Positions 29,782 to 39,399 of a stretch of DNA of 64,000 nt are shown here, piece by piece. The translations under genes and the position numbers were made by a program. The DNA lies in NCBI GenBank assembly GCA_963781885.1, contig CAWAHW010000001.1:352001-416000 (forward strand), in the 5' to 3' direction. The first letter of the stretch is position 1. Each line of letters starts with the position of its first letter. Under the pieces are notes generated by a model, which saw only the letters and a list, made by a program, of their open reading frames with translations, was not told the origin of the DNA and searched no databases. The stretch comes from an uncultured Spirochaetota bacterium. GTDB taxonomy: Bacteria > Spirochaetota > Spirochaetia > SZUA-6 > Fen-1364.

Positions 29782-30717
29782 AGAGCCTCCCTGCCTTCTA
29801 TCGCTCCAACCGGGCGATCCTGCTGAGCTATGCCTGCGCGCTCCTCATATTCGTCGTCATCACGGTGATCAGCCCGGGCTTCGCGGGGGCGCGCCACATC
29901 CGGATCCTCCTCATCGATGCGTCGGTGATCGGCCTCATCGCCCTCGGCCAGACCTTCGTCATCATCACGGGCGGCATCGACGTCTCCATTCCGTGGACCG
30001 TCAATTGCGCGGCGGTCTTTCTCACGCTTTTCACCGGCGGTCACGATGCACACCTCTGGTACATCATCCCCCTCCTGCTCGCCGGCACCACCTTCATCGG
30101 GCTCCTGAACGGCCTGGGCATCGCGTACCTTGAAATCCCGCCCATCATCATGACGCTCGGCATGAACTCGATCCTGCTCGGAGGGAATGCTCGGAATCAC
30201 GGGGGGAAGACCGGGCGGTGAGGCGCCCCGCTTCGTCCAACTCATCGCCAACGGCAACCTGGGTCCCATCCCCTACATCGTGATCATCTGGATCGTGCTG
30301 ATCGTGGCGGCAACGGTGGTCCTGCGAAAGACCGCATTCGGCCGGCAGCTCTATTTCCTGGGCAACAACGAATCGGTCGCGCTCTTTTCCGGTGTCAACG
30401 TGCGCTTCACGAAGATGATCGTCTATTGCCTCAGCGGACTGACCGCGGGCCTGGGAGGCATCCTCCTGGCAGGCAGGATCGGGCAGAGCTATCTCGGCAT
30501 GGGGGATCCCTATCTCTTCCAGTCTGTCATCGTCGTCATCATCGGCGGGGCGTCGATCCTGGGCGGAAGCGGCCAGTACATCGGCACGGTGGCGGGCGCC
30601 TTCATCCTCACGATCATCAACGGTCTGCTGCCCGTCTTCAACATCCCCACGTCGGCGCAGCAGATCGTCTACGGATTCGTGCTGTTCTTCGCCGTGCTCC
30701 TGACGAGCGTCCTGTAG
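29778..30717 (+). CDS. Second sugar ABC permease, frameshift near 30183
   Basis: GQTFVIITGGIDVS in one frame; IGGASILGGSG in the next frame. Confidence 0.88.
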
Positions 30718-30767
30718 CCGGCGGCGCCACCCCACGGCCGACGCGGCCTCCCCGGGCATTCGCGCCT

Positions 30768-31904
30768 TCAGGGCGTGGGCATGCCTTTTCTGGACAGCAC
30801 CGTGCGAAGGATGCCCATGCGCCGCGCGCCGTCCTCCGCGTCTTCTGCCATGACGTAGATGCTCAGGCCCTTGTTGGGGAGCGTGTCGCAGATCAGCTCC
30901 ACTTCCTGCTCGAAAAGCTCCATGCCCACCGCGCCCTGCGTGAAATTGATGAGAAGGCATTTGCCGCTTTCCTGCGTCTTCTTGAATGCGGGCAGGAGCT
31001 CCCGGATGGAAGGGCCGATGGCTTCCGGCTCCCGGTTGATCTCGAGGATGGTCATGTTCTCCATCGCCAGGAGCTGGTCAAGGACGAAAAGCGAGACGGG
31101 ATGCAGATGATAGAAGATCGACGGGAATCCGCGCGCAATCGCCGCGTGGTTTGCCGCGACGAACTCGGTGTAGATCGCTGGTGACAGGAAGGCCATGGCA
31201 TCGTCCTGCACGTACTGGCAGACCTCGGGTGTCCAGACACCGTAGCCGTTGACCGTGGAGCCGCCGAATCCGGCCGTGGCCGTGATCTCGTTCTGCATGT
31301 GCGCGACATTGAGAAAGAGCCTGCTGTAGGACGCGCACATCGCCTGAATCTTTTCAGGGTTGTCGTAGCACTCCAGCGGCAGGCGCGTCTGGCCGAGCGC
31401 CGCCGCCATCATGTCCACGGGGCCGCGCAGGTGGGACGAGCTGGACAGGGGATAGGAGCCGCCGATTTTTTGAACAAGGGCCTTCTGGAGCTCCAGCAGC
31501 TTTGCAAACCATTTGTTGTCGCTGAGATCAGGGTCCTCGTGAAAGTCACTCCACGATTCGATGCACGGGTTCGCGTAGAAGGTGTTTTCAGTGGAGTAGA
31601 TCGGGCAGCCGATGATGGCTTCCATCCACGGGATGTAGACGTAGGGAACAACGGGCCAGTACAGATCGCCGCCGATCTGCTCGTTCATGGAGAGGAGACG
31701 TTCCACGTCGCGGAGGAAGCGTTCCGTGTCGATCTGCTCGGGCCGTACCTCTCCCTCAGCAGGGATCACGGCGTTGGTGTCCCGATACATCTTGCGGTAT
31801 TCACGATCCCAGATGTGGACGCCGATGAGCGGGCGGGCCATTTCCCGCCGGGCGACGAAGGAATTGTGCGCACCGATGCGTTTCGCGCGATCGGGTGCCA
31901 TCAT
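30768..31904 (-). CDS. Divergent UROD/MetE-like TIM-barrel protein
   Basis: WMEAIIGCP, HLRGPVDMMAA, QDDAMAFLSP, YHLH. Confidence 0.6.
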   Translation of the reverse strand: MMAPDRAKRIGAHNSFVARREMARPLIGVHIWDREYRKMYRDTNAVIPAEGEVRPEQIDTERFLRDVERLLSMNEQIGGDLYWPVVPYVYIPWMEAIIGCPIYSTENTFYANPCIESWSDFHEDPDLSDNKWFAKLLELQKALVQKIGGSYPLSSSSHLRGPVDMMAAALGQTRLPLECYDNPEKIQAMCASYSRLFLNVAHMQNEITATAGFGGSTVNGYGVWTPEVCQYVQDDAMAFLSPAIYTEFVAANHAAIARGFPSIFYHLHPVSLFVLDQLLAMENMTILEINREPEAIGPSIRELLPAFKKTQESGKCLLINFTQGAVGMELFEQEVELICDTLPNKGLSIYVMAEDAEDGARRMGILRTVLSRKGMPTP

Positions 31905-32386
31905 GCCCTCCGCGCCGGGCGCTGTATCACTTCGAATATCGTGCCGCCGTATCGCCTCGTGTCCAGGTGCGCGAAGCCGCCCGTCTTTGTCTTTCCGCTC
32001 TGGAGGACCGGGATGCCGTTCGCCTCCGCCCTGCGCAGGACCTCCGCCATGTCTTTGACGTCGAAACCGACGTGATGGAGACCCTCGCCGTGCTCGTTGA
32101 GAAAATCCTCGTAAATGCTGGGGGAGCGCAGGGGAGAGGCGAGCTCCAGCTCGAAGGCGCCCAGCCGCGCGAATGCCATCTCCCAGTAACCGGCGGACGG
32201 CCTGCCGTGGTAGGTCAACTCCTCGTACTCGATGTGCGGGAACACGAATGGACCCAGGCCGAGCATGTCCCCGTAGTAGGCTGCCGTCTCCCGGAGATTT
32301 CGCACGACGATGCAGAGCTGGTCGGCCTCCGTCAGGCCGAGAAGATTCTTGATGTCAGTCGAGACGACCCCGTCCGCTCCGCTCAT
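31901..32386 (-). CDS. VOC-family protein (methylmalonyl-CoA epimerase-like)
   Basis: QLCIVV, ELELASP, FLNEHGEGLHHVGF, IFE. Confidence 0.85.
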   Translation of the reverse strand: MSGADGVVSTDIKNLLGLTEADQLCIVVRNLRETAAYYGDMLGLGPFVFPHIEYEELTYHGRPSAGYWEMAFARLGAFELELASPLRSPSIYEDFLNEHGEGLHHVGFDVKDMAEVLRRAEANGIPVLQSGKTKTGGFAHLDTRRYGGTIFEVIQRPARRA

Positions 32387-32406
32387 CGTTGCCTCCTAGT
32401 GGGAGA

Positions 32407-33509
32407 CTATCGCCGCGGGGTCAATCGCGCAAGGACCGCGGGCTCCTGCTGCGTGAGGCAGTGCAGCGTGCCCAGCCCCCACACGAGGTCGACCGCGTGG
32501 ATGCCGACAACCGCGCGGTCGGGAAAAAGCTCGGCCAGGATTCCCAGCGCTTTGCGGTCGTTGGGATCGTTGAATGTCGGCACGAGCACCACGCCGTTGG
32601 CGATGTAGAAATTGGCATAGCTCGCCGGAAGGCGCTGGCCCTCCATGAAAAGCGGGGCCGGCATCGGGAGGAACGCCACCTCCGGTTTCGACCCGTCCTC
32701 CAGCCGGAAGCCTTCCAGCCTTTCGCGATTCTCCTCCAGTGCGGGATAGTTTGCATCATGCGGGTCGCTTTCCCGGCAGAGGACGATCGTGTGCGGCCCC
32801 GCGAATCGGCAGAGGTCGTCCACGTGGCCGTGCGTGTCGTCCCCCGCGATGCCCTTCCCGAGCCAGAGCACATTTGCAGCGCCCAGATGGTCGCAGAGCA
32901 CCGACTCGATCGCGCCCCGGTCAAGGTGCGGGTTGCGTGCCTGCACCTCGCGGTCCAGCAGGCATTCTTCCGTCGTGAGCACCGATCCGCGGCCATTCAC
33001 GTCGATGCTGCCGCCTTCCAGGACGATTTCTTTGCCCGCCGCCGAGGCGACAAATCGCTTTCTCCCCGTGGAACGGGCGATGCGTTCCGCCACACGGCAG
33101 TCCTTTTCCCAGTCGGGGTATTTCGCCCATGCATTGAATCGAAAGCCGGCGATCGCAAGCTCGGGCCGCGGCGACTCCGCGCGGATGAAGAGGGGACCGA
33201 AGTCCCGCATCCAGGCCCTGTTGGTGGGTATGCGGTGAAACTCCACCGCCGTTTCATCCACCCCGATCGGGAGAGGATGCGCCGCGCCTTTTCTTCGTGC
33301 GCAGCGGAATCCACCAGTATGTTGACGCGTTCCGTCCGGCAGAGCTTTCGCACGATCTCGCCGTATACCCAGGGGACAGGGGCAAACTTGCCGGGCCAGT
33401 CCGCGGTGTTGTGCGGCCACGCGATCCACGTCGCCGCGTGGGGCTCCCATTCCGCGGGCATGCGGAAGCCCCGCGCCGCAGGAACCTCGCTGCCGCCTGC
33501 CCGGTTCAT
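32407..33509 (-). CDS. aguA: Agmatine deiminase, frameshift near 33263
   Basis: MPAEWEPH, WMRDFGP, EGGS, DDTHGHVD, ASYANF, GTLHCLTQQ. Confidence 0.92.
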
Positions 33510-34399
33510 GTGTCGTCCAGGAATCTCTTCGAAAGGCCGTCGTAGGAGTCGATTCTCCTGTCGCGGAGGAACGGCCAGTTGCGGCGCACCTCGTCCACCC
33601 GCGTGGGATCGACTTCTCCCAAGACGATCTCCTCACCGTCTGTCATTGCCGCGGCCGTGACCTGCCCGAACGGATCGGCGAGGAACGTGCCGCCCCAGAA
33701 CTCGATGCCGTCCCCGCCGGCCGGGCGCTCAAGCCCCGCGCGATTGACGGCAGCCACATAGACGCCATTGGCGATGGCGTGACCGCGCTGGACGGTCATC
33801 CAGGCGTCGCGCTGGGAGGCGCCCTGTTCCGCCTTTTCGCGCGGATGCCACCCGATGGCGGTCGGGTAGAAGAGCACGCCTGCCCCGCGCAGGGACGTGA
33901 GCCGCGCGGCCTCGGGATACCACTGGTCCCAGCAAATGAGCATGCCGATCCGGCCCACGGGCGTGTCGAATGCGTTGTAGCCGAGATCGCCGGGCGTGAA
34001 ATAGAACTTCTCGTAGTACCCGGGATCGTCGGGGATGTGCATCTTGCGGTATAGGCCCGCCAACGCTCCGTCCGGCCCCATGAGCGCGGCGCTGTTGTGG
34101 TACACCCCCGCGGCGCGGCGCTCGAAAACCGGCACGATCACGCAAATATTCTTTTCCGCGGCCACCTTCCCCATCGCCTGCGTGGTCGGCCCCGGCACCG
34201 GCTCGGCGAGGTCGAAGAGCCGCGCCTCCTCGCTCTGGCAGAAATACTGCGAGCGGAAGAGCTCGGGCAGGCAGACGATGCGCGCGCCGTCGTCTGCCGC
34301 CTTGCGGACCAGCGCGGCTGCCCGGTCCACATTTGCGACGGGGTCGGGACCCGGCGCCATTTGCACGAGCCCTATGGTGTACTTTTGAGCTGTCGTCAC
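33506..34399 (-). CDS. aguB: N-carbamoylputrescine amidase (carbon-nitrogen hydrolase)
   Basis: LPELF, YRKMHIPDDPGYYEKFYF, ICWDQWYPE; adjacent to aguA. Confidence 0.9.
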   Translation of the reverse strand: MTTAQKYTIGLVQMAPGPDPVANVDRAAALVRKAADDGARIVCLPELFRSQYFCQSEEARLFDLAEPVPGPTTQAMGKVAAEKNICVIVPVFERRAAGVYHNSAALMGPDGALAGLYRKMHIPDDPGYYEKFYFTPGDLGYNAFDTPVGRIGMLICWDQWYPEAARLTSLRGAGVLFYPTAIGWHPREKAEQGASQRDAWMTVQRGHAIANGVYVAAVNRAGLERPAGGDGIEFWGGTFLADPFGQVTAAAMTDGEEIVLGEVDPTRVDEVRRNWPFLRDRRIDSYDGLSKRFLDDT

Positions 34400-34451
34400 A
34401 CCGTGAAGGTACTAGAAGTCGCCGCAAGCTCCAAGCCGCCGCGCGGCATCG

Positions 34452-34571
34452 CAGCAGTTCTCATTTTGGACCATCCGGAGCTGACGACCGGGCATTTTTG
34501 CTCAAAAATGGCTTATTACCATGGGACAAAATGAGAACTGCATCGTTCGGTTGCCAAACTGAGAATTGCTG
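34452..34571. mobile_element. 120-bp MITE-like element
   Basis: 18-bp TIRs CAGCAGTTCTCATTTTGG / CCAAACTGAGAATTGCTG (2 mismatches), flanked by the 9-bp direct repeat GCGGCATCG (34443-34451, 34572-34580); AT-richer than its surroundings. Confidence 0.8.
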
Positions 34572-34627
34572 GCGGCATCGGACGTGCTTGACGCGGCGGA
34601 GAGCCGCCCCTGATACTCTCTCCACCA

Positions 34628-35395
34628 ATGGCGGTAACAGTCGGTCTCATCGCGGCGATGCACATGGAGGCGCGGCCGGTCCTACGGCTCCTCGGCCGCG
34701 GCAGGCCCTTTCCGTTGCCGGGCTATCGCGCGCGCCTCCTCACTGTTGCCGGTGTCGACTGCATCCTGGTGGAATCCGGCATCGGCATCGAAAAAGCATA
34801 TGCCGCTGCCCGCGCGCTCCTCGCCGCGGCAGCGCCGCGCTATCTTCTTTCATACGGCGTTGCGGGAGCGGTGGAGAAGGAGGTGGGGATCGGCGATGCG
34901 ATCGTGCCCTCTCAGGTTACCCTGCTGGATCGCGGAGCGACGGGCCCGGGGCTGAGGCTTGCCGCGCTTTCCGCAAAGGCGCGCGCGGCGGTCAAGCGCG
35001 CGTTGGAGACGCGCGGCGCGCATCTTTTCGACGGCACGGCGATCACGACCCGCGGGCCGCAGCCCACCACTCGGGAGCTGGTCGGCTGGCAGCACCCAGT
35101 TCTCGATATGGAAACGGCGGGCTTTGGCCGCGCCGCACAGGAGCACGGCACGCCGCTCCTTTCCATCCGGACCGTGAGCGACAATCCCGACGAGCCGTTT
35201 CCCCTGCCCATGGAGACGTTCATCGATTCGCGCGGCAACTTCAGACCTGGCCGCATGATCGCCGCGATTCTTCGCCGCCCGGGGGTCCTTGGAAAACTGA
35301 TCGGGGTGGGTCGCAACGGGCAGCGGGCGGCGCAGAATGCGGCGGCCGCGGTTGCTGCCGTGCTGGAGGATCCGCTGCACGCGCTGGAAGGCTGA
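34628..35395 (+). CDS. Nucleoside phosphorylase/nucleosidase-fold protein (HpnG/MTAN-like)
   Basis: SGIG, YGVAGA, LDMETA, IRTVSD; C-terminal ILRRPG helix as in HpnG-like proteins. Confidence 0.75.
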   Translation: MAVTVGLIAAMHMEARPVLRLLGRGRPFPLPGYRARLLTVAGVDCILVESGIGIEKAYAAARALLAAAAPRYLLSYGVAGAVEKEVGIGDAIVPSQVTLLDRGATGPGLRLAALSAKARAAVKRALETRGAHLFDGTAITTRGPQPTTRELVGWQHPVLDMETAGFGRAAQEHGTPLLSIRTVSDNPDEPFPLPMETFIDSRGNFRPGRMIAAILRRPGVLGKLIGVGRNGQRAAQNAAAAVAAVLEDPLHALEG

Positions 35396-35432
35396 TGCCG
35401 CGCCGCGGATGACGCGGTGACGCAGGAGCGTC

Positions 35433-35990
35433 CTATCGTCGCGTCAGCACCGCGCCGAGATTCCCCCGCAACGAAAGACGCTTCACGTCCGCAAGCCCCG
35501 CCGCCGCGGCAAGGCGCAGCGATTCGTCGAACATTTCTTCGGTGACGTGACCGGCTGGCTCGCAGAAGAGAAGGCGTCCCCCGGGTCTGAGGGCGGCCGC
35601 CACTTCGCGGAAGAAGCGGGCGGCATCGGGCACTTCGTGCACCATGGCGAAGGCAAGGGCAAGATCGACCTTTCCCTTCAGGGATTCGATGCCAAGCCCG
35701 GAAGACCCCGCCAGCCGCGGCTCTATCTTGTCCGCAAGCCCGGCGCGGTGCGCGCGGCGCTGAAGGCCATCGAGCATCTTCTGCTGGATATCGACCGCAA
35801 CGACCCGGCCGCCGGGCGCCACGAGGCGCGCGAGGGGCAGCGTGAAGAAACCCATGCCGGGACCCGGCTCCAGCACGACCATGCCAGGGGCCACGTAAGG
35901 CTGGATCAGCGCGTGGGGATTCAGCATGAGCTTTCGAACCGGGCTGGCCAGCCAGTAACCAAGCCACCAGGGACACACATGCTCGGCCAT
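35433..35990 (-). CDS. Class I SAM-dependent methyltransferase
   Basis: HVCPWW start (35990, GGAGG RBS), VLEPGPGMG, VAVDIQ, LRPGGRL. Confidence 0.88.
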   Translation of the reverse strand: MAEHVCPWWLGYWLASPVRKLMLNPHALIQPYVAPGMVVLEPGPGMGFFTLPLARLVAPGGRVVAVDIQQKMLDGLQRRAHRAGLADKIEPRLAGSSGLGIESLKGKVDLALAFAMVHEVPDAARFFREVAAALRPGGRLLFCEPAGHVTEEMFDESLRLAAAAGLADVKRLSLRGNLGAVLTRR

Positions 35991-36050
35991 GGATCCTCCT
36001 GGATCAGGTCTATGCCGGGCGCCGCTCGGCGTCAATACGCGACGGTGAAC

Positions 36051-37151
36051 CTAGATCAGATCAGCCCACTCGATGCCTTCTCCGTCCGGAATCGGCCTGC
36101 GCGCCCGCGCGCCGATCACGAGGCGCAGGAGCTCGGGCCCCAGACCGGGGCGAAGCACCTTTTCCGTTCTGAGCACCGCCACGGCGTCCGGCGGGATAAT
36201 GTCCCCTTCGCCGATCGCTCGGAGCGCGTGGATCGACCTGTTCGTGCGCGCGTAGTTCGCCCGCTCGGCCGGCGCGAGCTCCTTGACGCCGGTTCCCTGC
36301 ACGGCGGAAACCCGCGCGGCGCCAAAATCGCGGCGCAGCTTGGCCACGGTGCTTTCGGGGCCGGCCGCTTCCGCATCACGAACGGCGGCGACCATCTGCG
36401 CGAGCTGCGCCGGCTCCAGGGCAATGGGGTCATCGAGGCCGCCGTCGCGCCGGGAGAGCGTGACGTGCTTCTCAATGACGCAGGCGCCGTGCGCCACGGC
36501 AAGCGAGGGAACGAGGACGGGATCCAGGGAATGGTCCGAGAGCCCCACCTCGACACCGAACACGGCGCGGAGGCTCCCGAGCACGGACGCGTTGTACTGG
36601 TCTTCAGGGGCGGGATAGGACGTGATGCAGTGAAGCAGAACGACGGAATCCCTACCGGTGACGGCAAGGGCGCGCTCGATGTCCTCCAGGAGGGAGACGC
36701 CGGAGGACAGGAGGAGCGGGACGCCGTAGCCGGCAACCTCGTCCAGAAGCGGCAGGTGGTTGAGCTCGGGTGAGGCGATCTTCACGGCCTGGACGCCGAG
36801 TGAGCGAAGCTCCCGCGCGCTGCGGATGCCGAACGGGGAGCAGAGGAACAACGCTCCTGCCGATTCGGCAAGCTCCTTGAGCGCGCGGTAGAAATCGACA
36901 TCCCTTTCGAGCGCTTTGAACTGCTCGTACAAGGCGACCCGCCCGGTCGGCAGATCCACCATGCCCGCCAGAGGATGGAGGATTTCCTCCGCGTGCACGA
37001 GCTGGAACTTGACGCAGTCCGCCCCGGCGGCAACGGCTGCCTCAATGAGCGCCCGCGCCCGGCCCAGGTCGCCCTGGTGGGAGGTTCCCAGCTCCGCCAC
37101 GACAAGGCAGGGCGCGCCTGCTCCGACCTTGCGTTTTCCAATGGTGATCAT
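36051..37151 (-). CDS. NeuB/SpsE-family nonulosonate synthase with SAF domain
   Basis: AELGTSHQG, VKFQ, KIAS, LHCITSYP, GLSDHS, IEKH, RPGLG. Confidence 0.88.
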   Translation of the reverse strand: MITIGKRKVGAGAPCLVVAELGTSHQGDLGRARALIEAAVAAGADCVKFQLVHAEEILHPLAGMVDLPTGRVALYEQFKALERDVDFYRALKELAESAGALFLCSPFGIRSARELRSLGVQAVKIASPELNHLPLLDEVAGYGVPLLLSSGVSLLEDIERALAVTGRDSVVLLHCITSYPAPEDQYNASVLGSLRAVFGVEVGLSDHSLDPVLVPSLAVAHGACVIEKHVTLSRRDGGLDDPIALEPAQLAQMVAAVRDAEAAGPESTVAKLRRDFGAARVSAVQGTGVKELAPAERANYARTNRSIHALRAIGEGDIIPPDAVAVLRTEKVLRPGLGPELLRLVIGARARRPIPDGEGIEWADLI

Positions 37152-37210
37152 TACCTAGAGAATCGGTGCGCGGCGCGATCCCCTTCAGCGCCGGCGTGGC
37201 AGGCCTCTTT

Positions 37211-37756
37211 TCAGGGCAGCGGCTTCCCGTCGGGGTCCCGGAATATCCTGCTTCCCACGGTGCCGCGCTGTCCCTGGTATTTTCCCGCGTAGGGGGTCCG
37301 GGTGGCCTTGTCCATCTGCGCAAAGACGATCTGGCAGATGCGGCGGCCGCTTGCCAGCTTCAGCGGGAGCCTGTTTGCATTGAAGAGCTCCAGCGTGATC
37401 GTTCCTTCGAAGCCGGGATCGACCCACCCGGCATTCTGGATGAAGAGCCCCATCCGGCCGATGGAGCTGCGGCCTTCCACGAACGCCGTGACATTCGCCG
37501 GCAGGCGGATGCGCTCCACGGTGGTTGCCAGGAGGAACGAATGGGGAGGGATGATGATCTCGTCCTTTTCGATCTTCACGTAGGGAAGCTCGGCGTCCAG
37601 GCTCAGGCTCTCCAGGGTGTTCTCGTCGATCTTCAGGAAATGTCTTCCCAGCCTCAGGTCGATGGAGGCAGGCTGCACCTGGTAGGGCTCCAGCGGCTCG
37701 ACCACGATCGTCCCGTCGGCCATCATCGCGCGCAGGGTGTCGTCGGAAAGGATCAT
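37211..37756 (-). CDS. dcd: dCTP deaminase
   Basis: QPASIDLRL, GRSSIGR, DPGFEG.ITLE, KYQGQ. Confidence 0.93.
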   Translation of the reverse strand: MILSDDTLRAMMADGTIVVEPLEPYQVQPASIDLRLGRHFLKIDENTLESLSLDAELPYVKIEKDEIIIPPHSFLLATTVERIRLPANVTAFVEGRSSIGRMGLFIQNAGWVDPGFEGTITLELFNANRLPLKLASGRRICQIVFAQMDKATRTPYAGKYQGQRGTVGSRIFRDPDGKPLP

Positions 37757-39192
37757 TGCTGGGCTCCTCGGGACAGGTTTTCACGGATCAGGCGCGCCTT
37801 CAGCTCGAAGAGCCCGTCCGACAGGGAGACCTTGTAGAGGTGGGGATTGATGAGGCGCTTGTACGTGTCGTCGAGCCGGGCGAGCTCGGTGTGCGCGTGC
37901 GCCTGGACCGCGGCAAGCGGCGTCCATGGCTCCATGGTTTTCCCGTTCCTCATGCGCGCGCGCAGGAGCGGCGTGATGGCGTGATAGTCGGAGAGATGGA
38001 ACGTGCGATAGTCGCCGGTAGGGTGGTGGAACGTGTAGGTCGTACCGGGCTGGGGCTCTTCCTCGGCAAGGCAGATGAGGTCCGCGAGCAGGTTGTCGTC
38101 GTCATTCGTGAAGCGCCAGACCTGCTTGATGCCGGGGTTGGTGACCTTGTCGGGGTTGTTGGAGACCTTGATGGTTGGCACCCACGCGTCGCCCGATCGG
38201 CGGGCGGCCATCTTGTACACGCCCGAGAGGGCGGGGTCGCCGGCGCCGGTGACCAGGCTCGTGCCCACGCCCCAGATGTCGATGGGCGCATTGTGAGCGA
38301 CGAGCTGCTGGATGATGGACTCGTCCAGCTCGTTGGAGGCCATGATGCGCGCGCGGGGAAGCCCCGCCTTGTCCAGCCGGGCGCGCACCTTCTTGCTGAG
38401 GTACTCCAGGTCCCCGCTGTCCAGCCGCACGCCGAATGTCGTGTGTCCCGCGTCGCGCAGGCGCTGACCCACTTCGATGGCATTCTCGATGCCGCTTCCC
38501 AGCGTGTCATAGGTGTCGATGAGGAGCACCGTCGCATCGGGGTACGCCTCGGCGTATTTCTGGAAGGCCTCGCGCTCACTGCCGAACGCCATGATCCAGG
38601 AATGCGCCATGGTGCCGCGCACGGGGATGCCGTACAGTTTGCCCGCGAGCGTGTTGGAGGTCGCCACCGCGCCGCCGATGAACGCCGCGCGGGAGGCGGA
38701 AAGCGCGCCGTCGACGCCCTGCGCGCGGCGCAGGCCGAACTCGACGATGCCGCCGCCGCCCGCGGCAAGACCGATGCGCGCCGTCTTCGTGGCGATGAGC
38801 GTCTGGAAGTTGATGATGGCCAGGAGCGCGCTCTCGATGAGCTGCGCCTCCATGAGCGACGCATGGACGCGCACCAGGGGCTCACCGGGGAAGGCGAGGG
38901 TCCCTTCGTCCATGCTCCAGAGGTCGCCCGTGAAGCGGAAATCCTTCAGGTAGTCGAGAAAGTCCTTGTGGAATATGCCCAGGCCGTCGAGGTAAAGGAG
39001 ATCCTCATCCGAGAAGTGCAGCGACTCGATCAGCGCAAGCGCCGTCTGGAGCCCCGCAAAGAGGGCAAAACCCCCGTTGAAGGGTTGGCGGCGGAAGAAC
39101 ATGTCGAAGACGACCGGGGGATTCTCATCGTGCAGGAAGAGGCCCTGCATCATGGAAAGCTCGTAAAAGTCCGTCAGCAGGGTGAGATTCAT
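37753..39192 (-). CDS. pncB: Nicotinate phosphoribosyltransferase
   Basis: LLTDFYELSM, FFRR, EFGLRRAQ, GTMAHS, LIDTY, RLDSGD; alternative start at 39201. Confidence 0.93.
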   Translation of the reverse strand: MNLTLLTDFYELSMMQGLFLHDENPPVVFDMFFRRQPFNGGFALFAGLQTALALIESLHFSDEDLLYLDGLGIFHKDFLDYLKDFRFTGDLWSMDEGTLAFPGEPLVRVHASLMEAQLIESALLAIINFQTLIATKTARIGLAAGGGGIVEFGLRRAQGVDGALSASRAAFIGGAVATSNTLAGKLYGIPVRGTMAHSWIMAFGSEREAFQKYAEAYPDATVLLIDTYDTLGSGIENAIEVGQRLRDAGHTTFGVRLDSGDLEYLSKKVRARLDKAGLPRARIMASNELDESIIQQLVAHNAPIDIWGVGTSLVTGAGDPALSGVYKMAARRSGDAWVPTIKVSNNPDKVTNPGIKQVWRFTNDDDNLLADLICLAEEEPQPGTTYTFHHPTGDYRTFHLSDYHAITPLLRARMRNGKTMEPWTPLAAVQAHAHTELARLDDTYKRLINPHLYKVSLSDGLFELKARLIRENLSRGAQQ

Positions 39193-39200
39193 GGGTGCCA

Positions 39201-39273
39201 TGGAGGATGGGGGAGTCGAACCCCCGACCTACAGATTGCGAACCTGCCGCTCTACCAACTGAGCTAATCCCCC
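39201..39273 (-). tRNA. tRNA-Ala(CGC), CCA not encoded
   Basis: GGGGGATTAGCTCAGTTGGTAGAGCGGCAGGTTCGCAATCTGTAGGTCGGGGGTTCGACTCCCCCATCCTCCA folds as a cloverleaf with G3:U70 and anticodon CGC. Confidence 0.95.
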
Positions 39274-39298
39274 GATCCCGCGGTCCGACCTTCCGCCT

Positions 39299-39326
39299 AC
39301 TATAGCCAAGGAACCGGAATGGTCAA
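39299..39326 (-). promoter_or_regulatory. sigma70 promoter of tRNA-Ala-pncB-dcd
   Basis: TTGACC-16-TATAGT. Confidence 0.6.
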
Positions 39327-39365
39327 GTGACCGCGCGTCGTCCGGGCCGGGAGGCGCAGGATTGG

Positions 39366-39390
39366 AAAAGGCCGCGGTTTCCCGCGGCCT
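39366..39390 (-). terminator. Intrinsic terminator after lon
   Basis: AGGCCGCGG-GAAA-CCGCGGCCT followed by TTT. Confidence 0.75.
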
Positions 39391-39399
39391 CAGGTGACT

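Noticed and set aside
39201-39273. tRNA as an integration site for an island
   Set aside because: No integrase, and I saw no duplicate of the tRNA 3' end in the window.
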